NCBI GenBank assembly: GCA_038124565.1
Contig: JAYPCE010000001.1
Span: 47,981-111,980, forward strand
DNA from: Poseidonia sp.
GTDB taxonomy: Archaea; Thermoplasmatota; Poseidoniia; Poseidoniales; Poseidoniaceae
Length of the DNA stretch: 64,000 nucleotides
Direction: 5' to 3'
Shown piece by piece: positions 28,043-38,004 of this stretch. The notes below the pieces were generated by a model. The model saw nothing but the letters and a program-made list of their open reading frames with translations. It searched no databases and was not told the DNA's origin. Both the position numbers and the translations under genes were made by a program. The stretch's first letter is position 1; each line of letters starts with the position of its first letter.

Positions 28043-29461
28043 ATGGGGAAGCGTTGGGTGAAGCGTTGGGCCCCTACGCATCCTGGTGAGAAAGGTAGCC
28101 TTGTACCGGTTCTTCATGTGAATCCAAAAACCTCTATAGAAAAAATAACTTGGAGGTTACCTCCGTCCAAGAGCCACGCCATTCGTTGGCTTGCTCTGGC
28201 GGCTCAAACAGCCCAGGTGGTGACCATGCATGGGATGGCCAATGCAGGCCAAGATGTGGTGGCCATGCGCCGCTCGCTCGGACAAATGGGTGTTCAAACC
28301 GTTGACCTCGATGAGGAGGGAGAGGTGCTTGAAGTACACAGCAATCACGATGACCAGCCAGCCCCAAACACCGTGGCATGGCGGGTACATGGGTCGGGAC
28401 CAGCGGGGTTACGTCCGCCCGTCAGCGTACTCCATGCGGGGAATTCTGGAACCAGCCTGCGAATCTTGATGGCGCTCGCTTCGCGCTTTACCGTCCCTGT
28501 CATGTTGGATGGCGATGCTTCGTTGCGTTCTCGCAATTACGATGCCATGCTCTCAAGCTTGCAAGCGTTGGGCGTGGAATGCTCAAGGGGCTCAGACAAA
28601 GAGGGGTTGCCGTTGCTGATGAAAGGCCCTGCCACGTCGGCCGGACCCCTACACTTGGATGTTACAGCCTCCAGTCAACCAACATCGGCATGGTGTTTGG
28701 CCACGCCTGGCTTTTCGGGTCCGCTGGATGTCATCTTTGAAGGTGAACCAGTATCGCGGCGCCATGCTGCCCTCACCATGTCGTTGTGTGAGGCTACGGG
28801 TTCGTCCTCCTTTGAACGTGGGTCGTTCGTTCCATGGTCGCCAACCATCCCGCATGGCGAAGTGAGCATACCACCCGATTGTTCCATGCTGGCCTTCGCC
28901 TTCCTCGCAGTTCAGTCCTTGAAGACAACGGTGGAATTGGTCGAACGGCCACTTGACGAAGACGGCCTCGGCCATGAGATTCTGTTTGAATTGGCGACGT
29001 CCTTGGGCATCAACATTCAGGGCTCTACCCTCTCGTTCAGTGGTCAAGGCGAGGCACTTCGCATAGACTTGAGAGATGCGAACGATTTGATCACTCCATT
29101 GGCTGCGACCATGGCCTTGGGGGCAGGCGGCGAATTGTACGGTGCTTCTCACGCTGCGTTCAAGGAAACAAATCGTTTGGTCGGCACCCAACGCCTTCTG
29201 CAACAATTCGGACTTGAGGTCAGTACCAATGAAGGAGGACTTCGTATTCCAGGAGGCCAACGTCTTTCAGCCCCTACAACACCCGTTGAGACATACAACG
29301 ACCATCGCATGCAAATGACCGCCCTGCTGTTGGCTGCTGCTTGCGACCGCGAGGTCATGATCGTCGGACCGACGCTGCACCAGGTTGCCGACCCAGAAGC
29401 GGTTGAACGGCTGGTCAGTGCTGGGCTTCACGTGAGCGAAACGCTGCATCAACCGTGGTGA
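28043..29461 (+). CDS. aroA: 3-phosphoshikimate 1-carboxyvinyltransferase (EPSP synthase)
   Basis: 472 aa with LPPSKSHAIRWLALAA, LHAGNSGTSLRILMAL and DGDASLRSR. The start is uncertain: ATG at 28043 or in-frame GTG at 28118. Confidence 0.88.
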   Translation: MGKRWVKRWAPTHPGEKGSLVPVLHVNPKTSIEKITWRLPPSKSHAIRWLALAAQTAQVVTMHGMANAGQDVVAMRRSLGQMGVQTVDLDEEGEVLEVHSNHDDQPAPNTVAWRVHGSGPAGLRPPVSVLHAGNSGTSLRILMALASRFTVPVMLDGDASLRSRNYDAMLSSLQALGVECSRGSDKEGLPLLMKGPATSAGPLHLDVTASSQPTSAWCLATPGFSGPLDVIFEGEPVSRRHAALTMSLCEATGSSSFERGSFVPWSPTIPHGEVSIPPDCSMLAFAFLAVQSLKTTVELVERPLDEDGLGHEILFELATSLGINIQGSTLSFSGQGEALRIDLRDANDLITPLAATMALGAGGELYGASHAAFKETNRLVGTQRLLQQFGLEVSTNEGGLRIPGGQRLSAPTTPVETYNDHRMQMTALLLAAACDREVMIVGPTLHQVADPEAVERLVSAGLHVSETLHQPW

Positions 29462-29463
29462 GG

Positions 29464-31485
29464 TTAACCATGACGGCCAAAGTGATGGTCGAGACTGTCA
29501 ATTGGAATGCGCAGTGATGTTGGCCGTCCATGAACACACGCCCATGGGTTCGGTATTCGTCGCATATCGTCCAGCAGCCGCCTCATCTCGGGCAGCGTGA
29601 GCGATTCGTTGGCTTTCACGGCTCCTCGACAGGCGTTCATGAAGGCGATGTGGTCTTTTTTCGCCTCCATGGTTTCAAGCGGTCCCCCGTCAAGCGCCAA
29701 GTCCTGAAGCAAATCCAAGAAAAAAGGCCTCAATTCCTCGCCCGCTAACAGCCTTGGTGAAGCGGTCAGCACCCAATCGTCATTCTGAAGATGAATGTGA
29801 AAACCCAGTTCCTCCAACCGCTCTTGATGTGCTGCAACGACAGCGGACTGCCTTGCATCGAGTTCCAAGTCAAGCGGTGTGAGGCGCTGTTGGGGCTCCC
29901 AAGCCTGCCCGTGATAGCGCAACCGTTCGTAACGAACGCGCTCATGGAGTGCATGTTGGTCAATCAACAGTAACTCGTCTTCCGCCTGCACCAAGATGTA
30001 TGAGTTCGCAAATTGCGCCAACGGCTCCATGGCGGGCAACTCATTGAGTTCTCCCCCAAGCGGCTCCTCTTGACTCGGTAACGAGGTTGGCGCTGCCCCC
30101 GAATGTCGGTGCAGGGCGCGTTCTGCAGAAGACAGATGGGGTGCAAGGGGCTCATCCTGCATGTCCGGAAGAACAGTCTGGCCCAAGGGTGAGGAGGAAA
30201 CGGGACGGTTCGAAGGTATGGTTTCAGGTTCGTTGGCTTCCTCCCCGACCAAATTCAGTTGGCGACCTGCTGCGACGGCCCATGCCGGTGGTGCAGATGG
30301 GCTCACAACAGGTGCTGATTGTGAAGCAAGGCCGGCTGCAGAAACCAATGTGTTTGATGCATCGTTTTGATGTCCTTGGGCTGGGCCATCCACTAAGTAA
30401 GTTTCAACCGACTTTACGCGTTCAGCCGTCGAAAGTCCCTGCAAAGCGGGAATGCCGCCCGTCGCATCGGGTTCGGTGGGAATGCTTTCCAGCGTGTGGG
30501 CGATGGCACGTTCCAATCGTTCCAACACCCGCCAGGAATGCTTGAGGCGTACTTCACGCTTCGTTGGATGGACGTTGACGTCGACTTCCATGGGCGGACA
30601 TGTGAGGTTCAATACCGCCAGTGGATGGCGTCCGTGCATCAACCGCGTTTTGTATCCTCTGCGAATTGCTTGCAAAAAAGGACCAGGCGCCACAGGCCGG
30701 TGATTGATCAAGACATGGATATCATCGCCTTTACCGCGGGTGATGTCCGGTGTGCTGATCCATCCTTCCCAGCGCTCAATGCCTGGGGCGTCTTCATCAG
30801 CGGGAGGAAGTTGAAGAGGCACCAGTTCGGTGGCTTGTGCCCCCATGACGTCGTAGAGGCGGTCAAGCATGTCGTCCGTTGCTGGAACATTGAGTAAGGT
30901 TCTCGCTTCGTTTTTCAAGTGAAAGCCACACTCAGGGTGGGCCAAGGCATGGTCGACGACGACATCCACAATCCGAGCCGTTTCGGTTTCAGGTCGACGT
31001 TGGAAAGCGAGGCGAGCCGGGGTGTTCTGGAACAGATGTTCAACTGAAATCCGTGTGCCGTTCTGCATCCCTACAGGATGAACAGAGGATTTGACGCCGT
31101 CTTCCATGGTAATACTTGACCCAGCAGTTCCAGCAGGTTGACTCTCAATGGTTAGTTTTGAAACCATGCCGATACTCGCCAGTGCCTCACCTCGAAATCC
31201 AAGGGAAACGATGGCGCTCAAATCCTCTTTTGACGTCAGTTTGGAAGTAGCGTGACGGTCCAAAGCAAGGGGAAGGTCTTCTGCTGCGATTCCACCGCCA
31301 TTGTCTTCGACCACGAGTCGGTCAAATCCCCCGTTTTCAACCAGTACGGTGATGGATGTCGCCCCCGCGTCCAGACTGTTTTCTACCAGTTCCTTGACCA
31401 CTTGAGCGGGGCGCTCAACCACCTCGCCAGCGGCAATATGGCCAATGGTGGCGTCATCGAGTTGATGGATTCGCTGAGGCTTCAT
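29464..31485 (-). CDS. mutL: DNA mismatch repair protein MutL (endonuclease type)
   Basis: 673 aa with the GHKL ATPase N-terminus IAAGEVVERPAQVVKELVENSLDAGA and the C-terminal DQHALHERVRYE endonuclease motif. Its start overlaps the mutS stop by 4 nt. Confidence 0.95.
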   Translation of the reverse strand: MKPQRIHQLDDATIGHIAAGEVVERPAQVVKELVENSLDAGATSITVLVENGGFDRLVVEDNGGGIAAEDLPLALDRHATSKLTSKEDLSAIVSLGFRGEALASIGMVSKLTIESQPAGTAGSSITMEDGVKSSVHPVGMQNGTRISVEHLFQNTPARLAFQRRPETETARIVDVVVDHALAHPECGFHLKNEARTLLNVPATDDMLDRLYDVMGAQATELVPLQLPPADEDAPGIERWEGWISTPDITRGKGDDIHVLINHRPVAPGPFLQAIRRGYKTRLMHGRHPLAVLNLTCPPMEVDVNVHPTKREVRLKHSWRVLERLERAIAHTLESIPTEPDATGGIPALQGLSTAERVKSVETYLVDGPAQGHQNDASNTLVSAAGLASQSAPVVSPSAPPAWAVAAGRQLNLVGEEANEPETIPSNRPVSSSPLGQTVLPDMQDEPLAPHLSSAERALHRHSGAAPTSLPSQEEPLGGELNELPAMEPLAQFANSYILVQAEDELLLIDQHALHERVRYERLRYHGQAWEPQQRLTPLDLELDARQSAVVAAHQERLEELGFHIHLQNDDWVLTASPRLLAGEELRPFFLDLLQDLALDGGPLETMEAKKDHIAFMNACRGAVKANESLTLPEMRRLLDDMRRIPNPWACVHGRPTSLRIPIDSLDHHFGRHG

Positions 31486-34139
31486 CGTTCCTCCTCCGCC
31501 ATTGATTTCAGTTGATACAACACCTCAAGGGCTTGGCGTGGTGAAAGTTCGTCAACCTGCGTGTTTTGGAGATGGGTCAGCAACGCAGTAATGTGGCTTG
31601 GGATGGCGACCTGTTCTTGGGTTTGAACCGATGTCATGGCGGCGGCTGCGAAGTATCCCATCAAACTTGATTGACCAGCATCACGGGTTTGAGGGGCACC
31701 TTGCTCACCCGCTTTCGCACCACCTGCTTGTTGTTCCAAAAAGGCGAGCAAATCCGTTGCGCGTTCAACCACGCTGCGAGGCAGGCCAGCAAGGGCGGCT
31801 ACTTGGACACCGTATGAATCGTCACATGGGCCATCGGCCACTTTGTGCAGGAAGCGCAGTTGTCCGTCGACGTGGGCCACTTGGACGTGAACATTGCACA
31901 GGCCATTGACTTCTCCTTCAAGGCCAATTAACTGGTGGTAATGCGTTGCAAACAAGGTGCGGGCCCCAATTCGTGAACAGATGTCTTCGGTAACCGACCA
32001 GGCGATTGATAGGCCATCAAAAGTGGATGTTCCTCGTCCAATTTCATCAAGCAATACAAGAGATCGGGGCGTGGCACGCTTGAGGATATGGGCGACCTCA
32101 ATCATCTCCATCATGAATGTTGAACGTCCTCGCTTGAGGTCGTCGCTTGCGCCGACGCGTGTGAAAATGCGGTCGACAAGGCCAATCTTGGCGTTCTGTG
32201 CAGGGACAAAACAACCCGATTGAGCTAAGACGGTCGCCAACGCAACGGTGCGCAGATAGGTCGATTTTCCACCCATATTCGGTCCTGTGATCAGCAAAAA
32301 GGAACGCTTTTTGTCAATGCTTACATCGTTGGGGACAAACCCTTGTTGTGTTTCCAAAACGGGATGTCGGGCATCGTTCAGTTTGAGCACAGGGGTTGAG
32401 GATATCTCGGGTTTGGTCCATTGACGTTCCCTGCTGACAGAAGCAAAGCACTGCAGAACATCGATGGCGGATACGCGTCGTGCGATGTCGGCGAGGGTAG
32501 TGGAATGTTGGGTGCAATAGGTTCGTAATTCAAGGAACCGGCGGTATTCCAATTCCTTCAATTTGGAATCGGCGGTGAGCAAGAGGTCATCGCGTTCCAT
32601 CAATTCTGTGGTGACATACCTCGAACCGTTGGTCAGTTGCTGTTTTCGGCGCCAAGTTTCCGGCACTTTATCATCATGGGTTTGCGTAACCTCGATGAAC
32701 CACCCAACCTGGCGATTGTGCTTCACTTTTAGTGACGGAATCCCAAGGTCAGCACGGAGTTTCATTTCAAGGTTTGAGAACCATGCCTTTCCTTCGGACG
32801 TTACCTCTCTGAGTGCATCGACCTCCTCGTCAACACCGGCCTTGAGCAGGCCTCCATCTCGCAATCCCAGAGGAGGTGTTTCGTTGAGTGTGGCCTGAAT
32901 CATATCCGCCATCTCTTGCAAGCCATCCAAACCGTTGCTGAGATGCACCAGCAGTGGGTCTTGACTGTCGCTGCACCACCGAGCCACGGCGGGCATGCGT
33001 TCAAGGGCGTGGGCGGTGGCCACGAGGTCGCGAGCATTGCTTCGCTGGTAAGCCAATTGTGTGGCTAGGCGTTCCATGTCCCGAATGCCCTTAAGCGATT
33101 CACGAAGCCCATCTAAACGTCTTGCCGATTTGGTCAAGGTGCCGACGGCTTTGTGGCGCGTTTCAATCGCATCACGTTCTGCAAGTGGATGCAGCAACCA
33201 TGTTTTGAGCATACGCCGCCCCATGGCCGTTCGACAACGGTTCAAGGTTGAAAGCAGGCTTCCATCATGCTCTCCCGACAAGGTACTGGTCAGTTCGAGG
33301 TTGCGGAGGGTTGTTTGGTCAAGCAGCAGATGGCCCTGTTCCTCAACAACTTCAACATCTTGGAGCGGAACATCGGTTCGCATGTGGACCGTGGCCAGAT
33401 AATCTGCAGCAAGTCCTGTGGCTGAAAGAGCCAGTGGGGCATGGTCCAAGTCAAGATGGCCCAAATCTGCAACATCCAGCATGGCCCGGAGCCGCTGTTC
33501 ACGTTTGGCTTGGCTCAGTTGATGTTGGCTGATCATCGTTCCCTGCAATAACAGGAACAAACGCCCCATCTCTTCGTTTTCAGCATCCTTGGCGGAGAGC
33601 ACCAATTCATTCGGTTGCCAGCGTTGAAGGTCGTCTTGGAGTTTCACAAACCGTTCCGGGCCATCATGCGTGCTGGCCCATGCTTTTCCAGTTGAAACAT
33701 CGATGACGGCCAGCCCCAAACTCTCCGAGGACAAGGCCACAGCAGCGAGTAAAGATTGTTCGTCGCCCTCCAACAGGCCTTCTTCGTAAAGGCTGCCGGG
33801 TGTGTAGACTCGGGTCACGACCCGTTCGAGAAGTTTCGCGCCTTCCCGTAATTCCTCTTCTTGTTCAGCAACAGTGACTTTGTACCCTGCTCGAAGCATG
33901 GTCCTGAGGTGGTCCTCTAGACCGTGCCAAGGAAACCCCGCCATTGGAACCGGTTGTTCTGCATTCTTATCCCTCGAGGTGAGGGTAAGTCCAAGCACTT
34001 CTGCAGCCACCTCTGCATCTTCGTGGAAGAGTTCATAGAAATCGCCCATGCGGAAAAAAAGGATGGTGTCAGGATGTTGCTCCTTGATGTCAAAGAACTG
34101 GTCCATCATGCCGCGCTTTGACATCATCTTCACCTCCAT
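31482..34139 (-). CDS. mutS: DNA mismatch repair protein MutS
   Basis: 885 aa with the mismatch-binding FFRMGDFYELFHEDA, Walker A ITGPNMGGKSTYLR, and STFMMEM. The real start may be ATG at 34127, which follows GGAGGTG at 34137-34131 on the minus strand. Confidence 0.96.
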   Translation of the reverse strand: MEVKMMSKRGMMDQFFDIKEQHPDTILFFRMGDFYELFHEDAEVAAEVLGLTLTSRDKNAEQPVPMAGFPWHGLEDHLRTMLRAGYKVTVAEQEEELREGAKLLERVVTRVYTPGSLYEEGLLEGDEQSLLAAVALSSESLGLAVIDVSTGKAWASTHDGPERFVKLQDDLQRWQPNELVLSAKDAENEEMGRLFLLLQGTMISQHQLSQAKREQRLRAMLDVADLGHLDLDHAPLALSATGLAADYLATVHMRTDVPLQDVEVVEEQGHLLLDQTTLRNLELTSTLSGEHDGSLLSTLNRCRTAMGRRMLKTWLLHPLAERDAIETRHKAVGTLTKSARRLDGLRESLKGIRDMERLATQLAYQRSNARDLVATAHALERMPAVARWCSDSQDPLLVHLSNGLDGLQEMADMIQATLNETPPLGLRDGGLLKAGVDEEVDALREVTSEGKAWFSNLEMKLRADLGIPSLKVKHNRQVGWFIEVTQTHDDKVPETWRRKQQLTNGSRYVTTELMERDDLLLTADSKLKELEYRRFLELRTYCTQHSTTLADIARRVSAIDVLQCFASVSRERQWTKPEISSTPVLKLNDARHPVLETQQGFVPNDVSIDKKRSFLLITGPNMGGKSTYLRTVALATVLAQSGCFVPAQNAKIGLVDRIFTRVGASDDLKRGRSTFMMEMIEVAHILKRATPRSLVLLDEIGRGTSTFDGLSIAWSVTEDICSRIGARTLFATHYHQLIGLEGEVNGLCNVHVQVAHVDGQLRFLHKVADGPCDDSYGVQVAALAGLPRSVVERATDLLAFLEQQAGGAKAGEQGAPQTRDAGQSSLMGYFAAAAMTSVQTQEQVAIPSHITALLTHLQNTQVDELSPRQALEVLYQLKSMAEEER

Positions 34140-34233
34140 GGCTTACGCTGGAGTTTGAGGAAGTTGACGAGGGCACATGAAGGTTCTCGCAACGACTGGT
34201 GACGAAGAGAAGTTTGGCAGGTATTGTGCCCCG

Positions 34234-35442
34234 TTATCCTTGCAATCGGAATTCCATCACGGCATAACGCAACATCAAGGCGAGGACGACCGTGCCTGTG
34301 AGGAGATACAAGAGGTTCAGGAAACCTCGCCCACTCTCTATAGAACCGTTTGCAGAGATGTCAATTGACCATTGCACGGGGTGGCCGTTTTCGTCAACAC
34401 CGTGAACATGGACATAACTTCCGGAGGCGCCGGCAGCATGAGGCTCAACTGGCATTGGACGACCAAGCACATGCGTGTTAAGCACACCATGTTCGTAGGT
34501 ATTCAGGACGCTGGAACCCAATTGGCCAATGAACCAAACACGCCCGTTCTCGTCAGCCAAAGCGTGAACTGTTGGGACCTCCAGCACTTCTACGTCCTCT
34601 GGGTTGTGAATCAACAAACTCTCTGAGGTGCCACCAATCACCACAGCATCGCTGCTCTTGGCGATGCTGTGAAACACACCCTCGCCAAAGGTCTGGACTT
34701 TGTGAACGACTGGGGTGGCCTCCGTACCGTCCCATTGAATCCAGCCAAGTACCGGCCTTGATTGCGGCGTAGCAGGGCTTGAACCGTCTGCACCGGCCGT
34801 GGTGATGTGGGTGCCTAGTGCGACCCACAACGTATCGTCATAGGCTTCGATAGTATGCCATTGCACCCCTAGCGAAGTGGACATTGCGGGGGTCGGTGTC
34901 ATTCCCACAATACCTCGTACGGAGGTGTTGGCTCCTTCCTGCGTGAGCAGCATACGATGAACGAATTCACCCTGTTCCCGCTCCGCCACATCGAGCACAC
35001 CGAACACCCCTCTCGTGGTTGAGTAATCATACGACACGCTGATCGTACCCTCAAGACCAATCACCTGGTTGTTGGCTACGGAGAAGAGGATTTCGCCGTC
35101 GGGCATCGCTTTGAGAAACTTGACATCCGCGGCTTTGTCAACGGTGTCTGGACTGTAGACCACGCGAATCTCGCCACTGCGTGTATCTTCTGTGAACAGC
35201 GAGTAGCCCGCTTGGGGTGAATAGACCACCGCCGTGTAGGCTCCGACTTCTGGGCCGTAGGCAATATCCGTGACCAAACCGCCTTCATGAGCCGCATCGA
35301 CATCAACCAGTGAGGCCCCAACAAAGTGCTCCGTGGCACCAATGGCGAAGGCTCCAATGAACACGAAGAGGAAAAAAGCGGTAATGGAGAGCCATTGATA
35401 CTCAGATTCCTCTTCAAGGAGCCTGCGCCACTTCCCAGCCAT
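34234..35442 (-). CDS. membrane-anchored protein with beta-rich (propeller-like) ectodomain, unknown function
   Basis: The start is set at ATG 35442 (MAGKWRRLLEEESEYQWLSITAFFLFVFIGAFAIG, an N-terminal TM). The track N-terminus (to 35682) overlaps rpl10e on the other strand. There is a C-terminal TM, LLYLLTGTVVLALML. Confidence 0.55.
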   Translation of the reverse strand: MAGKWRRLLEEESEYQWLSITAFFLFVFIGAFAIGATEHFVGASLVDVDAAHEGGLVTDIAYGPEVGAYTAVVYSPQAGYSLFTEDTRSGEIRVVYSPDTVDKAADVKFLKAMPDGEILFSVANNQVIGLEGTISVSYDYSTTRGVFGVLDVAEREQGEFVHRMLLTQEGANTSVRGIVGMTPTPAMSTSLGVQWHTIEAYDDTLWVALGTHITTAGADGSSPATPQSRPVLGWIQWDGTEATPVVHKVQTFGEGVFHSIAKSSDAVVIGGTSESLLIHNPEDVEVLEVPTVHALADENGRVWFIGQLGSSVLNTYEHGVLNTHVLGRPMPVEPHAAGASGSYVHVHGVDENGHPVQWSIDISANGSIESGRGFLNLLYLLTGTVVLALMLRYAVMEFRLQG

Positions 35443-35530
35443 GTGGGTCGCTGTCGCCCACGCAACATGAAGACTTTGCTGGCCGTTGGCTTGATTTGGC
35501 GATGACCGATGGTGAACGGTTGATGCGGAG

Positions 35531-35540
35531 ATATCATAAA
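35531..35540 (+). promoter_or_regulatory. candidate TATA-like element upstream of rpl10e
   Basis: ATATCATAAA lies about 40 nt upstream of the rpl10e ATG (35578), and GGAGG at 35566-35570 provides an RBS. Sequence-only inference. Confidence 0.3.
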
Positions 35541-35577
35541 GGGAGCATCGGTCGCAGGACTGCTTGGAGGCAGACCA

Positions 35578-36117
35578 ATGGCACGAAAGCCCGCAGTGAT
35601 GTATCGCCGTTTGAAAGGCCCAGCCTACACCCGCCGCAAGTACATCGGCGGTGTCCCGAACAACCGAATTCATCAGTTCCACGTGGGCAACCGCAGGGCT
35701 GCTGAAACAGGTAAGTTCCCCGTTGTCATCGAACTACGTGCCGACAACGATGTCCAAATCCGACACACCGCTTTGGAAGCAGCTCGTGTGGTCTCCAACT
35801 CTACCATCCGTAAGCAAGCAGGGCCTCAAGGGTATGCTCTGCGTGTCCACACTTTCCCACATCACGTCCTGCGTGAAAACAAGCAAGCGACCGGTGCTGG
35901 TGCTGACCGTGTTTCCCAAGGCATGCGATGTGCTTTCGGAAAGAACGTTGGAACGGCCGCCCGTGTACGCCGAGGCCAGCGCATTCTCTCCATTCAGGTC
36001 AATCCACAACACTACCTCACCGCTCGTGATGCGCTTCGCAAGGCGAGTATGAAATTCCCTACACCGTGCACCATCCGCCTCATCAGCGGCCACGAGCACC
36101 TCAAGGGACTCATTTGA
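35578..36117 (+). CDS. rpl10e: 50S ribosomal protein L10e (uL16)
   Basis: 179 aa starting MARKPAVMYRRLKGPAYTRRKYIGGVPNNRI, with the characteristic L10e N-terminus and FPHHVLRENK block. Confidence 0.95.
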   Translation: MARKPAVMYRRLKGPAYTRRKYIGGVPNNRIHQFHVGNRRAAETGKFPVVIELRADNDVQIRHTALEAARVVSNSTIRKQAGPQGYALRVHTFPHHVLRENKQATGAGADRVSQGMRCAFGKNVGTAARVRRGQRILSIQVNPQHYLTARDALRKASMKFPTPCTIRLISGHEHLKGLI

Positions 36118-36210
36118 GACCTGGAACGACCTCCTCAACCGACGGGTTTTGCCTGCCGGTTGGTAGGTGAAACAAAATAGAACAGACGAAAGGCTTGGTT
36201 GGGTGATGGA

Positions 36211-37989
36211 ATGCGTGTTGCCGTTCTGAAGGAAGACAATTGTCAACCGAAGAAATGCAACGACGAGTGTCACGATTATTGTCCACCTGTACGGAACGGC
36301 CAAGAATGCATCATCATGGATGACCACACTGGAAAGCCACATATCTCAGAGAGTTTGTGTATAGGTTGCGGTATATGCATTAACAAATGCCCCCATGATG
36401 CGCTGATCATTGAGAACCTTCCAAGTGAACTCGAGACGGACATGATTCACCGGTATTCGATGAACGGTTTCCGTTTGTTCCGCTTGCCCACGCCGTCCAA
36501 GGAAAGCGTCGTCGGTATCCTTGGCCCCAATGGAATGGGAAAATCTACCGCCATCAGTGCGTTGTCTGGGCGCATGATTCCCAATCTTGGCGATTGGTTG
36601 AATCTGGAGCCGGATTGGGACGACGTCATCGACTCGCTGCCAAAAGGTGAACTGCGGGACTTCTTTATCGCCGTCCAGAAGGGCGAGGTCAAGGTGGCGG
36701 TCAAGCCGCAAAATGTTGACCGCTTGCCCAAACGTGTGCAAGGAACCGTACATGACTTGCTGAGTAAGGTTGACGAGCGCAAGATCATGGGCGAAATGAC
36801 GGTCTCTCTCGGCATTGACCATCTGCTTGACCGCAAGATTCAGCAACTGTCCGGCGGAGAATTGCAGCGAATGGCCATATGCGCCACCATCCTTCGTGAT
36901 GTGGATGTGTACTTCTTCGACGAACCGTCTTCCTATCTGGATATTCACGAACGCTTGCGCATTGTTCGCATCATTCAGGAACTCGCCGAGACAAAGCGGG
37001 TCATTGTCATTGAGCACGATCTTGCCGTTCTTGATGTGCTTGCAGACCTCGTCCACATCGTGTACGGAAAGAAGGGTGCGTTTGGCATTTTCACCCCCGC
37101 ACGGTCAACTAGGCAGGCCATCAATTCGTATCTTGATGGCTTTTTGCCGGAAGAGAACGTCCGTATTCGGGACAAACCCATCAAATTCCTCCGCCACCAA
37201 GACAGGTCCTCCGAAATTGGGACGCCAGTGGTCAGTTGGGGTGAATTGAGCAAGCAATTGGGGAGTTTCCAACTGAGAGCCGGAGAAGGCGCTGTTCACC
37301 GTTCCGAGGTGGTTGGCGTTGTGGGTGCAAACGGGACTGGAAAATCGACGATGATCAAAATTCTCGCTGGTGAGCACGACTACGATGAGGGTTGGGTAAC
37401 AGCGGATGCCACCATCTCTTACAAACCACAGCACATTGATGTGGATATGGATGGCTCTGTTCAGCTTTGGCTCGATAGCGAGTTGGGCCCGCGTTGGCGA
37501 AGTGGTGAGTTTAACGTCAACGTGATTCGTGCGTTGGGGATTGACCAATTGTTACCCAAACGCGTGAAAAAACTCTCCGGAGGGGAACGACAGGCGGTCT
37601 CCATCGCCTTGTGCTTGGGACGAGAGGCAGATTTGTATCTGCTCGATGAGCCTTCGGCACACTTGGACGCCAGTGCGAGAATGGAAGCGGCGAAGGCGAT
37701 TCGTCGAACCATGGAAGCCAATGAAAAATCGGCGTTTGTCATTGACCATGATGTCTATTTCATTGACATTGTTTCCGATTCACTGCTTGTGTTTGAGGGC
37801 GAAGGTGGTGTACAAGGTAACGCCACCGGCCCGTTCAATTTGCGAACGGGCATGAACCAATTTTTGGCCGGTGTTGATGTGACGTTCCGACGAGACCACG
37901 ATTCACGCCGACCCCGGATCAATAAGAGCGAGAGCAGAAAAGACCGAGAACAACGTAGTAGTGGTGACTATTATTCCTATGATGCTTGA
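36211..37989 (+). CDS. abce1: ABCE1 / RNase L inhibitor homolog (ribosome recycling ATPase)
   Basis: N-terminal 4Fe-4S region (CQPKKCNDECHDYCPPV, CIGCGICINKCP), two ABC cassettes (GILGPNGMGKST, GVVGANGTGKST) and signatures LSGGELQR / LSGGERQ. ATG at 36211 (MRVAVLKED) is preferred to the track TTG at 36199. Confidence 0.95.
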   Translation: MRVAVLKEDNCQPKKCNDECHDYCPPVRNGQECIIMDDHTGKPHISESLCIGCGICINKCPHDALIIENLPSELETDMIHRYSMNGFRLFRLPTPSKESVVGILGPNGMGKSTAISALSGRMIPNLGDWLNLEPDWDDVIDSLPKGELRDFFIAVQKGEVKVAVKPQNVDRLPKRVQGTVHDLLSKVDERKIMGEMTVSLGIDHLLDRKIQQLSGGELQRMAICATILRDVDVYFFDEPSSYLDIHERLRIVRIIQELAETKRVIVIEHDLAVLDVLADLVHIVYGKKGAFGIFTPARSTRQAINSYLDGFLPEENVRIRDKPIKFLRHQDRSSEIGTPVVSWGELSKQLGSFQLRAGEGAVHRSEVVGVVGANGTGKSTMIKILAGEHDYDEGWVTADATISYKPQHIDVDMDGSVQLWLDSELGPRWRSGEFNVNVIRALGIDQLLPKRVKKLSGGERQAVSIALCLGREADLYLLDEPSAHLDASARMEAAKAIRRTMEANEKSAFVIDHDVYFIDIVSDSLLVFEGEGGVQGNATGPFNLRTGMNQFLAGVDVTFRRDHDSRRPRINKSESRKDREQRSSGDYYSYDA

Positions 37990-38004
37990 TACGAAGACCG
38001 TCTC

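Noticed and set aside
27971-28117. N-terminal extension of the moaA track ORF.
   Set aside because: It overlaps the aroA start on the other strand and precedes the conserved MoaA N-terminus. ATG 27970 gives a canonical MoaA start.
35734-37056. Minus-strand ORFs 35734-36342 (202 aa) and 36346-37056 (236 aa).
   Set aside because: They are antisense to rpl10e and ABCE1, both unambiguous. They are shadow ORFs.
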